DNA from: Candidatus Omnitrophota bacterium | Lineage (GTDB): Bacteria; Omnitrophota; Gorgyraeia; Zapsychrales; JANLHA01 | Length of the DNA: 64,000 nucleotides | NCBI GenBank assembly: GCA_020632535.1 | Contig: JACKFJ010000005.1 | Location: forward strand, 64,200-128,199 | Reading direction: 5' to 3' | Shown here: positions 13,640-22,980 of the stretch, in pieces | Layout of the letters: the number at the start of each line of letters is the position of its first letter | Position numbering within the stretch: the stretch's first letter is position 1 | Notes under the pieces: generated by a model | Seen by the model: only the letters and a program-made list of their open reading frames with translations | Databases searched by the model: none | Told to the model about the DNA's origin: nothing | Program-made: the position numbers and the translations under genes

Positions 13640-13668
13640 CTAACATGTGTAAGGTTAACCTAACATGT
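13638..13668 (-). promoter_or_regulatory. Two direct copies of ACCTAACATGT spaced 20 bp apart, abutting the MNT start codon; candidate operator
   Basis: Copies at 13638-13648 and 13658-13668, read directly from the sequence. The adjacent gene encodes a wHTH. Confidence 0.35.
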
Positions 13669-13797
13669 AAAGTATACCATTGTTTTTAACTGTGTCAACT
13701 TTGACTCACTCCACCAACAATACGTCTATCTAAAATAAAACACAAATAATCGGCGCTGTTTCTCACTTAATATTCATGATTATTTAACTTGCGCAAG

Positions 13798-13832
13798 AAT
13801 GGATCCCCGGCAAGAACTTTCGGAGATGACAT
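13798..13832. repeat. REP-like hairpin repeat, family A (copy 1)
   Basis: AATGGATCCCCGGCAAGAACTTTCGGAGATGACATT is near-identical to 56005-56040 and is related, in inverse orientation, to 59525-59555. It lies just 3' of a gene end. Confidence 0.6.
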
Positions 13833-13847
13833 TGCGCGAGAACTTTT

Positions 13848-14288
13848 TTATTTCCTTCTTCCGGAAACAATATGCCAAATCAGTGCAGGAACAATAAGAA
13901 TGCCCGCGATACCATGAATGTTTCTTAGATATAATCGCAATACTTCATCCCCGCAATAATAAAGGCCATACCCGCTTAAAATAAGCACCAAACACCACAG
14001 TATCAAAATGATCGCTGTAAATCGATTGCGATCGTGAGCCCACCCCCGCTGCATATGACGCGGGATCAGAAAACCTAAGAGGACCAAGGATGCCATCGCG
14101 GCCGCCCCATGAATGCGCAAAAGCCATAATTTAATCCAAGCAAAAGTTTCAATATTGCTGTCATTAAATTGCTCATAATAATGAATGCCCATCCAAGTCG
14201 CGCCAGACAAAAACAATATCCCAAAGATCGTGTAAAACCAAAATCTCAACTTCCAACTAAAGCGAATCCCTTTTATTCTTTTCTGCAT
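13848..14288 (-). CDS. Four-TM His-containing membrane protein (DUF4405 / cytochrome-b-like guess)
   Basis: 146-aa ORF with four hydrophobic helices carrying conserved-looking His residues (LRIHGAAAM, NIHGIAGIL). It overlaps the apbE end by 16 nt. Confidence 0.4.
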   Translation of the reverse strand: MQKRIKGIRFSWKLRFWFYTIFGILFLSGATWMGIHYYEQFNDSNIETFAWIKLWLLRIHGAAAMASLVLLGFLIPRHMQRGWAHDRNRFTAIILILWCLVLILSGYGLYYCGDEVLRLYLRNIHGIAGILIVPALIWHIVSGRRK

Positions 14289-15178
14289 TCTCCCTCCAAG
14301 GAAACCATTCGATTGTCAGGATAAATGATAAATGCAGATGCTTCAAGCTGAGATAACAATTTTATTGATTCACTTTCTAAAGCTAAAACAATCTTAGTCA
14401 ATGCGTCAGCGATCATACATGTTTTAGCACACACCGAAATGCTAAAAGGTCGTCGCAAAAACTCCCCCGTCCGTCCATTAACCTGCGCACAATTCTGGAC
14501 GACATCTCTTGATTCCTCATAAGAGTTCGCGGTTGTCGCTAAAGCCATATTTTTTAATGACGGCAACGCGACCAACTGCCCCATCGTCAAAGGATGACGC
14601 ACATAAACAGGATATTCATCATCACCAAAACAGCGCATATCGCCACCGGCATTAACTAATCCGCTCTCGACTCCATGATCTTGCAAAACTTTCATCGCCT
14701 TATCAACCGCCAGTCCTTTGGCAATTCCACCAAGATCAATACACAATGACTTTGCGAATCTTACTCTTTGATCTAACATTAAATCGATGTCGCAAGTTTT
14801 GCCGCACAAAGGTTCTACTTCTCTGAAGAATTCATGACGAGGCAATCGATCGCAATCCATCAAATGTGACGCCACCGCAATATCAAAAACCCCATTACTT
14901 AATTCATACAATTCCTGAGAACACTTTAATACCGCGTATGTTTCCTGACTGACACGAACAGGCTTTTGCTTTGCGAAACGGTTTAAATATGATATTTCGC
15001 TTTGCACGTCATGAAAACTCATTAACCGCTCAATACGTTCGATCTCAACAAATGCCGCGTTAATGGCAGAATTTGTCTTTTCTCTCGAATCACCGACAGC
15101 CGTGATTTCAACAAATGTACCCAACAGTGGTCTACAACGATGAATTTTGTTTTTTAATAATAGTGTCATATAAAGCAA
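14273..15178 (-). CDS. apbE: FAD:protein FMN transferase (ApbE family)
   Basis: 301-aa ORF with ApbE-like layout (…LLGTFVEITAV…DLGGIAKGLAVDKA…NAGGD…). Its neighbour is an FMN-binding-domain protein. Confidence 0.8.
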   Translation of the reverse strand: MLYMTLLLKNKIHRCRPLLGTFVEITAVGDSREKTNSAINAAFVEIERIERLMSFHDVQSEISYLNRFAKQKPVRVSQETYAVLKCSQELYELSNGVFDIAVASHLMDCDRLPRHEFFREVEPLCGKTCDIDLMLDQRVRFAKSLCIDLGGIAKGLAVDKAMKVLQDHGVESGLVNAGGDMRCFGDDEYPVYVRHPLTMGQLVALPSLKNMALATTANSYEESRDVVQNCAQVNGRTGEFLRRPFSISVCAKTCMIADALTKIVLALESESIKLLSQLEASAFIIYPDNRMVSLEGECRKE

Positions 15179-15683
15179 GACTTCGTTTAACGCCCTCAGT
15201 CACATGCCGACAGGACAAAGTAGCACCACTGATATTGCGAATGTCACGATTAAATTGAAATGGGGAAGAAATCGTTTTTCCAATAAATTGTTTTCGCCAT
15301 TTTTTTTGACGCACTTCATTTCCGTGCGCTTCTCGGTATTCCATAATTTCAATCTGGCGTATACTTCCATCAGGATCAATGCCGATTGCATACGTAATAA
15401 GCTCATGCTTTCCGATAACTTTGTCCATAATGAAATATTGACCTTTGTCTGTTTTCCAAATGCTTTGATTTTTGGAAACAGCAAGCCCTCCCTTTTCTTT
15501 AATTACTTTTTGCTCTTCCAAAGTCAGGCTTACCAAAACTTCCGTAAAATGTTCTCCCGGAAAAATCAATTGCTGTGCCTCGCTAACCGTTAAATAAACC
15601 ATAGCAAAGCCCGGCCCAGCCATCAAAACGATGGCTGGAACCGAGATCATTGCAATCGGAAAACTTTTATTTGAAAAAACCAT
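15132..15683 (-). CDS. Membrane-anchored FMN-binding-domain protein (RnfG/NosR-type FMN_bind)
   Basis: 183-aa ORF with an N-terminal TM anchor and the flavinylation-type motif ISGATLSCRHV. Confidence 0.65.
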   Translation of the reverse strand: MVFSNKSFPIAMISVPAIVLMAGPGFAMVYLTVSEAQQLIFPGEHFTEVLVSLTLEEQKVIKEKGGLAVSKNQSIWKTDKGQYFIMDKVIGKHELITYAIGIDPDGSIRQIEIMEYREAHGNEVRQKKWRKQFIGKTISSPFQFNRDIRNISGATLSCRHVTEGVKRSLALYDTIIKKQNSSL

Positions 15684-15706
15684 TATGTTCTGCCTTTAAG
15701 AAACTT

Positions 15707-17089
15707 TTAAAACCCAATCGCGGCGGATGATAGAAAACCATTATTATTACCGCGTTCAAGAGCTTCATTGTCCGTTTGATTCCACTGATATTCAAGTTTA
15801 AACACAAAATTATCAATGGGACGATAATTAAAGCCAAGAGTATAACGCTTCTCTTTATTATTGCCCGTTCCGGCATCGCTATCGTCGCTAATCAAAGCCC
15901 AGTCATAGCGCCCAACCAACGCTAATTTGGGATCTTTAAATCCACGTCCCAAAAACGAATAGTCTAGAAATTTGGGCCAAAATTTATAAACTAACTGTGT
16001 ATAGGCTCCTTGAAAGAAATTTGCCACGTCGACATTCTTTTGATTAACGTCAAAATAAGCATATTCATTAATCCATTCCACTGGGCCCAAGGTCATAAAG
16101 ATATCAACACCTACACCACTGATACGATTTCGCATCCCATCGTAGCGCCCTGTGTAACCGCTCACGCCAATTTCCTGATTAAGCCATGGACTGGCCGCAA
16201 GACGACCAACGATCGCCTTGTTATCATTATTATCAACCTTTAAACTTGATCGACCTCCACCTAAACCCGTATCTGAAAAACCAGAATCTAAACCATTAAC
16301 AACATAAAGCTCATAATCCCAATTTAGATCTTCATAATTGCCTAGACTCGGATTAAATTTACCAAAAATACCCGCCCCTGCTTCTGTCCAAGTCGTCGGA
16401 ACAATATCTTTAGCCATAATCGGTCGATCGGTAAGCGTTTGCAAATCCGAATCATGATAAAGATTGTATCTTCCAAACGGCACTAACAGCGCTCCAGCTC
16501 TAATATTAATTGCATCATTAATTAAATAATCCATATAAGCTTGTTCAACTTTTAGTTCTCCATCATCATTACCGGCATCGGGTCCACCATACTCGATCTC
16601 TAACTCGGAATTGAAGCGCAATCGCTCATGAGGAAAAGCACCAATATTAATAATCCATCGATGCTGAAGAACGGATGAAGTCGTATTCTCAAAATCGGAA
16701 TACTCGACATCAACATATCCACCAACAGAAACATTACCAAAGCCAAAGGGATTTTCAACAACAACACCACCCTTGCCAACCGGCGCATTACCTCGTCCAA
16801 CGTAATCGACACCTACGCCCTGCTGACTCTGTTGCTCCAATTGCGCGACTTGCCGCTCTTGACTTACGCTGATAGCTTGGACTTTTGCACTTTCTTCTTT
16901 TTGTTGATTACTCAAATCTTCTATCTTTAATTCTAGTTCTTTGATGCTGGCATCATAAGTACTTTTCATCTGACGCATCATCTCTTTAACTTCATCAATT
17001 GTCTGAGCCGCAACTGGAAAAGACAAAGAAAGAACTAGAAAACAACTTCCCCAAAAAACATTCACCATCTTCATTTCTTTCCTCCACAT
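15707..17089 (-). CDS. Outer-membrane porin-like beta-barrel with N-terminal coiled coil
   Basis: 460-aa ORF with a signal peptide (…FPVAAQ), a coiled-coil segment, then alternating beta-strand pattern rich in Gly/Asp/Asn/Tyr and a C-terminal …AAIGF (terminal aromatic residue). Confidence 0.55.
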   Translation of the reverse strand: MWRKEMKMVNVFWGSCFLVLSLSFPVAAQTIDEVKEMMRQMKSTYDASIKELELKIEDLSNQQKEESAKVQAISVSQERQVAQLEQQSQQGVGVDYVGRGNAPVGKGGVVVENPFGFGNVSVGGYVDVEYSDFENTTSSVLQHRWIINIGAFPHERLRFNSELEIEYGGPDAGNDDGELKVEQAYMDYLINDAINIRAGALLVPFGRYNLYHDSDLQTLTDRPIMAKDIVPTTWTEAGAGIFGKFNPSLGNYEDLNWDYELYVVNGLDSGFSDTGLGGGRSSLKVDNNDNKAIVGRLAASPWLNQEIGVSGYTGRYDGMRNRISGVGVDIFMTLGPVEWINEYAYFDVNQKNVDVANFFQGAYTQLVYKFWPKFLDYSFLGRGFKDPKLALVGRYDWALISDDSDAGTGNNKEKRYTLGFNYRPIDNFVFKLEYQWNQTDNEALERGNNNGFLSSAAIGF

Positions 17090-17416
17090 ATAAGTTTAAT
17101 AATGACGTATATTCACCCATCACCACAAATTTGTCAATATCTTTTTAGAAAAATGTTTTTAGATTATCCGCATAACCTTATATTCCCGTCGTAATAACAT
17201 GTTTATGGATTGTCTAGGCCAAGCTCTTTTTGTCTTTAAAATACGTTTGTTTTATACTTATTTATCCGGTGATAAGGCAATGATCCTGATCAATTCCACC
17301 ACCGCTTGACCCATCTATTGCTCGCCCTGCTGAACAATTTGAACATAAGATCCAATTCACACTGAACAACGTGCTTTTCATTAATAATATTTTTATCTTT
17401 TATCAGAGATATCCTT

Positions 17417-18568
17417 GTGGCATCATATCGTATGTTTTTTGACGTAAAAAATAAAACGTATTATCCCTTCTTAGATGGATTCCGGGCGATAGCAATTATC
17501 TGGGTTATGCTTAATCATGCTCTGGCCTTTACCCCAGATCTTCAACACATGGGCTTGGTAGGCAAGTTCATAGGACGAATAGGGGAAATCGGGTTTTTCG
17601 GTGTTGATATTTTCTTTGTCATTAGTGGATTTCTAATTACCGGGCTGTTAATCGACGACCTCCAAGATAAAATTCGCGTCAAACGGTTTTATACTCGGCG
17701 TTTCTTCAAAATTGCCCCACATTATCTTTTGCTTGTTATTGTCGGCCTACTTGTCCTTCCGCTGATCGCCCCGAACGAGCAGATAAAGCCCCTTAGTGTC
17801 ATCTCCTATTTATTTTTCTTCCAAAATTATGTACCACCGATATCCTCGTTGGCGCATTTTTGGTCACTTGCTATCGAAGAACATTTTTATCTTAGCTATC
17901 CACTCCTATTGGCCCTGATTTGCCGTTTAACGACTAATGTAAAAGCGCGCCACATCCTGCTCTTTGTCCTGCTCATTACATTGATTGTCGCGGCCAATTT
18001 TATCCGCGCCTACATGTTCAATCATCATCATGGGCCATATAAACCGCCGCTTTTGTTTCAACAAACCCATATGCGTTTTGATGCTCTAGTTTTTGGATGT
18101 CTAATCAAATTGCTCGAATCGTATTTGCTCAACATCCCGCGCTGGATGAGCCATATTTTTAAAAACCTCTTTGTCATCCTAGGGATTATTCCATTCGTTT
18201 ATTTATATTTTCATTATTTTAAGTATGGCTGGATGTATTATACGATGGTTTATTGCGCAGCTGGTTTTTTGATTATGGCCGCACTCTTAAAACAGATTCT
18301 ATTATGTTTTATCACTGAACTCAAATTCTTGCGCTGGATCGGAAAGAATTCGTATGGAATTTATCTCTGGCACTATCTCATCGCCCGTATCATTTTTAAT
18401 AATCAAAATCACATAACCGACATTTTTCACACATGGTCGATCGCTAAGCCTTTTGATATGATTTTGATGACTGTTGTTTATACTGTGCTCTCCCTTGGGC
18501 TAGGGGTTTTGACGACGGTAACGGTTGAGAAGTATTTTCTCAACGTGCGCAAGAGGGTAGCGCCTTAA
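17417..18568 (+). CDS. Acyltransferase family 3 (OafA-like O-acyltransferase) membrane protein
   Basis: 383-aa polytopic ORF with the N-terminal signature FLDGFRAIAIIWVMLNH. Confidence 0.8.
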   Translation: MASYRMFFDVKNKTYYPFLDGFRAIAIIWVMLNHALAFTPDLQHMGLVGKFIGRIGEIGFFGVDIFFVISGFLITGLLIDDLQDKIRVKRFYTRRFFKIAPHYLLLVIVGLLVLPLIAPNEQIKPLSVISYLFFFQNYVPPISSLAHFWSLAIEEHFYLSYPLLLALICRLTTNVKARHILLFVLLITLIVAANFIRAYMFNHHHGPYKPPLLFQQTHMRFDALVFGCLIKLLESYLLNIPRWMSHIFKNLFVILGIIPFVYLYFHYFKYGWMYYTMVYCAAGFLIMAALLKQILLCFITELKFLRWIGKNSYGIYLWHYLIARIIFNNQNHITDIFHTWSIAKPFDMILMTVVYTVLSLGLGVLTTVTVEKYFLNVRKRVAP

Positions 18569-18802
18569 CACGCCTACGTAAACAAGAAACAAAATTGGTT
18601 GCGGCCAATTAGGGACGTGCGGATGGAGCTAGATTCTGTTCGCCCTTTAAGCTCGAAGAACCTCATCGAAATAATGTGCGGGATTTGTGCCAAGTTCTAT
18701 TGTGCAATCTCGCCATTTTTCCAATCAATCCACACAAAATCCAACAGCTTCAATATATCATCCGAGACAAAACTTTGTTTGCACACTAGACATTCTAAGC
18801 TT

Positions 18803-19804
18803 TTACTTCCACAACGTTGCCATGCCGTCTTCGAGCGCTTTGGCATTGAAATAAATTCCCTGCGCTGCAATTTGAGCCATATCTTTTTCTTTTGGCAAAT
18901 AATAAAGATCAACCAAGTAGCGATCCCAATTATCACTTTTATACGTTTTGACGACGATATCATTGGAATCTTTAAGCAGACGTTGGGCCCAAACCTTCGC
19001 GCGCTGCCCAGCCAAAGTCGACATCTCCGGACAATCAACACCACGCAAACGCAATCTTTGCTCACTCCAGTATCCAAAGCCTTGGTCAACATTAACCAAA
19101 AAAGTATCACCGTCGATCACGCGCTTGAGCTTAGCTTGGAATGTGAATAGTTCATCGGCTCGAGCGCTTGAGACTTTTAGCTGATAACCAGACTTAAGCT
19201 TATGTGAGGTATAAATATATTTATTGTTTAATTTGGCGTCTGCTCGCGGCGCCTCACAACGACCGGCAAAACCAATGTCCACAAACCAAGGAACAACAAA
19301 CGAGTTGATCTCTTCTGCCGGCAAAAGACGATACGTAAACAATTGCCCTCTTGGCGGAGCCTTCAAGTTAAACTCCGTCGCTTTTGGCGTCGGCATCAAA
19401 GCCAGACGCATCATGTCAGCGGAAATGTTTTCTTTTAATATTCGATCCAACCAGGCAAGACGTTTCTGCTCGTCGCTAACAGATAATAAAAAACGATAAT
19501 GCGACCAGCTAATGCCTTTGCGTAATGTGTTTTTTGGAAAATATCGAAAGAACTGTTCGCATTGCTGTAAGGTGCGCTCATGAATAGCCAAGTCACGCGA
19601 AAGCTGTTGGTAAAGTACACCAATCTCACCACGAGAAACATGGTGGACACGCAGATGGGTGTTAATAAGGCGACCGACGGACCAGTAGTTGTTGACTTTT
19701 TGCTGTTCGAGAAGCGCTTGAAAGCGAATAAGCCCGCGTTCAATCTCTCGTCGAATGTTGGCTAAAAGATGCGGATATCCGGTTTGTTTTGCGGGGATGG
19801 TCAT
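18803..19804 (-). CDS. DUF1016_N (YhcG N-terminal helical domain) fused to a staphylococcal-nuclease (SNase/thermonuclease) domain
   Basis: The N-terminal half has NYWSVGRLI…LSRDL…ISWSHYRFLL…, the DUF1016_N pattern. The C-terminal half has VIDGDTFLV…LRLRGVDCPE…WDRYLVDLYY, the SNase pattern. Confidence 0.65.
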   Translation of the reverse strand: MTIPAKQTGYPHLLANIRREIERGLIRFQALLEQQKVNNYWSVGRLINTHLRVHHVSRGEIGVLYQQLSRDLAIHERTLQQCEQFFRYFPKNTLRKGISWSHYRFLLSVSDEQKRLAWLDRILKENISADMMRLALMPTPKATEFNLKAPPRGQLFTYRLLPAEEINSFVVPWFVDIGFAGRCEAPRADAKLNNKYIYTSHKLKSGYQLKVSSARADELFTFQAKLKRVIDGDTFLVNVDQGFGYWSEQRLRLRGVDCPEMSTLAGQRAKVWAQRLLKDSNDIVVKTYKSDNWDRYLVDLYYLPKEKDMAQIAAQGIYFNAKALEDGMATLWK

Positions 19805-19944
19805 GGGTTAATTATAACATTTGAACAATGCCCGACTAAATAACTTTGATTAGTTATTAGATTAAGTTGCTCTTTTTTGATGTTGGCTGGCCTTCTGGTT
19901 ATGAGAGAACTAGGCTCAAATTTTAAGCATTGCAATTAAATAAC

Positions 19945-22068
19945 TTACACTAAGCTCTCAAAATAATGTGCCGGATTTGTGCCAATTTTTCTTCTTCCGC
20001 TACAATATGGACATCCTCTCCCAATGCTACGTTTAGATACTACAGCTTGCCATTCATGACCCCTTGTGCAGACCCACCATACTTTTTTATTTGAACCCAA
20101 TGTAACATCAGATGGATTTAAATTCTGATTTTTAGCATAATTCCATTCCTTGGCTAATCTTGGATTTAGATTTGCTAAACATGTCTCCAATGTTGGTCTA
20201 TTCCCAGAACAATATGGGCATCCCGTCCCCGTGCTTCTGTGATTGACTGATGCTTCCCATTCATGCCCTCTCTTACAGATCCACCATACCCTTTTATTTG
20301 ATGAAGGCCAAACATCGCTTGACTCTAATTTACCATTCTTAGTGGGATGCCATTCTTTTGCTAATTCTGGATTCTTTATAAATAAACTGTTCTCAAAAAT
20401 TGGTCCGGGCAACATATCCCACAGTTTAATGAACTCTGAATGATTAGCTATTTTGCCTTTTTGAATATATTCCTTTATTTGTAGACTCTTATCCGAGTCT
20501 AATTTCATTTTATCGAGCAAAAAAGTATAGATTTTTTCAACTAAATGGAATATGCTCGGCCTAGCTGAATGAACAATATCATTTTCCGTAATGATTTCCA
20601 ATCCCTTCTCCCGTAGCCTAATCAATTTAATCCCTTTATCCTGCAAAAAATGTGTTTTTTGCTTATCCTGGGCATATTTTCTTTTGTGCCAATATATTCC
20701 ATCAACCTCAATCCCGAAATTAAGGCTCGGAATATAAATATCAACTTCGTTGCCTTCTATTTTTATTTTTAACTTAGCGTCGCCAAACATGAACTTTATT
20801 TCAGAAAAAATTTGCAACTCTAATTTAGAACACATTGAATTACAATGCGGACAATTGCTCCCGTCACTTCTAATGTAGGGTGCAGTTTGCCACTCATGTC
20901 CCTTTTTACATATCCACCATACTTTCCTATGTGTGCCTAGCTTTACATCTCTCGGCGTAAGATTTCCATTCTTTGTGGGATGCCATTCTTTTGCTAATCT
21001 CGGATTTAGTATTGCCAGACAAGTTTCTGCTGTTGCCTTTCTTCCAGAGCAATATGGACATCCTGAGCCCTTCGTGCTCCTATGATAAACTTTTGCTATC
21101 CACTCATGACCTTTCTTGCATATCCACCATACTTTCTTATTTGAACTTAATGAAAAATTTTCTGGTTTAAGATTTCCATTCTTACCTTGATTCCATTCTT
21201 TCGCAATTTCGGGTTTTAAGTAAGCCAAACTATTCTCAATTGAAGTTTTTTGACCACAACAATATGGACATCCTTTTCCTTTATTCCTATCATAAACTTG
21301 AGCTTCCCATTCGTGCCCTTTCTTACATAGCCACCATATTTTCTTAGCGGATCCAGAAGTGACATTATCTGGTGTTTTCTTTCCATTTTTTAAGGGATGC
21401 CATTGGTTTGCTAATTCTGGACTGGTAGTGCGCAAACAATTTCCCTCATTAACTTTCTTCCCCGCACAATAAGGGCATCCTCTTCCTACATTTCTAGCGC
21501 TGACTGTAGACTCCCATTCATGACCTTTCGCGCATATCCACCATACTTTTTTATTGGAACCGGGCTTAACGTCCGCTGGGGTCAGTTTGCCATTTTTAAT
21601 TAGATGCCATTGGTTTGCCACTTTGGGATTAACCCAAAGCAAACTAGCACAAAAAGGGCAACCCATATTTCTAATCGCTCTATAATGCACACTCGCCAAC
21701 CATTCATGTCCTTCAATACATTTCCACCACACTTTTCTCCCTGATCCAATCGTGACATCTTTAGGCGTTAAATTAACATTTAGTGTGGGGTGCCACTCTT
21801 TTGCAATTTCTGGCTCCAAAGCATTCAAACAATTATCCATTGAAGCTTTATTACCACTGCAATATGGACATCCCGTCCCTCTATTTCTACTAGCTATTAT
21901 CGCCTCCCACTCATGGCCCCGACGACATAGCCACCAAACTTTCCTGCCAGAATTTGAAGTAACATCGGCGGATTTTAAGTCACCATTCTTGGCAGGATGC
22001 CATTCCTGCGCTAAAGTAGGATTGCAAATCTCAAGATTATATTTATTGGACAGTTTTTTATGAATCAT
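19945..22068 (-). CDS. Array of eight DUF4379-type zinc-ribbon repeats interrupted by a Vsr/DUF559-like PD-(D/E)xK endonuclease domain
   Basis: 707-aa ORF. The unit (A/L)xEW(H/N)PxKNGxLxPxDVxxGSxKKVWWxCxxGHEWxAxVxxRxxGxGCPYCxG occurs 6 times, then ELQIFSEIK…EVDIYIP…GIEVDGIYWH…DKGIKLIRLRE, then 2 more units. Confidence 0.7.
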   Translation of the reverse strand: MIHKKLSNKYNLEICNPTLAQEWHPAKNGDLKSADVTSNSGRKVWWLCRRGHEWEAIIASRNRGTGCPYCSGNKASMDNCLNALEPEIAKEWHPTLNVNLTPKDVTIGSGRKVWWKCIEGHEWLASVHYRAIRNMGCPFCASLLWVNPKVANQWHLIKNGKLTPADVKPGSNKKVWWICAKGHEWESTVSARNVGRGCPYCAGKKVNEGNCLRTTSPELANQWHPLKNGKKTPDNVTSGSAKKIWWLCKKGHEWEAQVYDRNKGKGCPYCCGQKTSIENSLAYLKPEIAKEWNQGKNGNLKPENFSLSSNKKVWWICKKGHEWIAKVYHRSTKGSGCPYCSGRKATAETCLAILNPRLAKEWHPTKNGNLTPRDVKLGTHRKVWWICKKGHEWQTAPYIRSDGSNCPHCNSMCSKLELQIFSEIKFMFGDAKLKIKIEGNEVDIYIPSLNFGIEVDGIYWHKRKYAQDKQKTHFLQDKGIKLIRLREKGLEIITENDIVHSARPSIFHLVEKIYTFLLDKMKLDSDKSLQIKEYIQKGKIANHSEFIKLWDMLPGPIFENSLFIKNPELAKEWHPTKNGKLESSDVWPSSNKRVWWICKRGHEWEASVNHRSTGTGCPYCSGNRPTLETCLANLNPRLAKEWNYAKNQNLNPSDVTLGSNKKVWWVCTRGHEWQAVVSKRSIGRGCPYCSGRRKIGTNPAHYFESLV

Positions 22069-22100
22069 GGTGCTAAATCATCGGTCTTATTACAAAGAAA

Positions 22101-22883
22101 TCATTTTGTTGTATATTCAGCAGAAGCTATAAAACTCTTCCACTTTATTGTTATTTCGTTTTCTAATTCCTTTAGGCCAAGTCTTTTAGAAATAGATAAA
22201 AACGCAGAGAATATTGGGACAAGTGTTCTAAATACACCGCCTACCATTTCCGCCTGTCGAATCGTATCTTTCAAATTATTCATGGAAAAACGCTCCGTGC
22301 GGCCTTCATATGTTTCCATGATTGAACTATAAAATCCATGAACGTAACCAGTGTAAATATCATAAACCGCTTTTGCCATCTTCATAAATCCATGAGAATC
22401 TTTCGCTTTTGTGTTCTTAACGATGCTTTTAGCATAGGCAGAGTGGATACTATCCATGCTTACCCACCATTTCTGATTATTAAACAAATCTTCCTCGCAT
22501 GTTATGTCATGTTGAAAATACTCCTTTTCTAATTTAGTTCTCATCGTCCCTAAATCCTTATTCTCATATGCTTCCTCGGCACATAATATTTTTGCCGTTA
22601 ATTCAGTGATTACTCGAACTAAAACCCCGGCTTCCTGACAATGTCCTTCTTTTAAAAGACAGACTGACGCATGAAGAGTGCTAACGATTTTGACTGCCAT
22701 CAACATTTGAAAATGCTCTAAAGTGGGATTCTTATATCTAAAGCCTGCATTTTCATTTTTGATAACCCAATTCGGTTTCTCAAGTTTATTACAGAAAATA
22801 TTTACGCAGTATTCAAAGAAATCTGCTGAATCTTTAATTTTAGCGAGCTTCTGTATATCTAGGGGCTTCATTGAGAAAACCAA
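22101..22883 (-). CDS. Hypothetical all-helical protein, co-directional and 33 nt upstream of the zinc-ribbon nuclease
   Basis: 260-aa ORF with its own sigma70-like promoter (see 22921-22950). I could not confirm any motif. Confidence 0.5.
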   Translation of the reverse strand: MVFSMKPLDIQKLAKIKDSADFFEYCVNIFCNKLEKPNWVIKNENAGFRYKNPTLEHFQMLMAVKIVSTLHASVCLLKEGHCQEAGVLVRVITELTAKILCAEEAYENKDLGTMRTKLEKEYFQHDITCEEDLFNNQKWWVSMDSIHSAYAKSIVKNTKAKDSHGFMKMAKAVYDIYTGYVHGFYSSIMETYEGRTERFSMNNLKDTIRQAEMVGGVFRTLVPIFSAFLSISKRLGLKELENEITIKWKSFIASAEYTTK

Positions 22884-22920
22884 TATGAATCGGCTAAGAA
22901 ATGTGCCGGAATTGTGACAA

Positions 22921-22950
22921 GATTATATCAAAAATGACCTAAATTGGTCA
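22921..22950 (-). promoter_or_regulatory. Sigma70-like promoter for the 22883 gene
   Basis: Minus strand reads TTGACC-18 nt-TATAAT, ending ~38 nt upstream of the ATG at 22883. Confidence 0.5.
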
Positions 22951-22980
22951 AAATTGGTAGTAATTGGAGATTTGCAGAAG

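Noticed and set aside
18595-18604. TTGGTTGCGG, a 10-nt match to the tRNA-fMet 3' end, as the far boundary of an older relic island covering 18.6-23.1 kb.
   Set aside because: A 10-mer match is expected by chance at roughly 0.1 probability in a 64-kb window on two strands. It also covers a different part of the tRNA than the 23068-23084 fragment. I keep it only as a weak hint.
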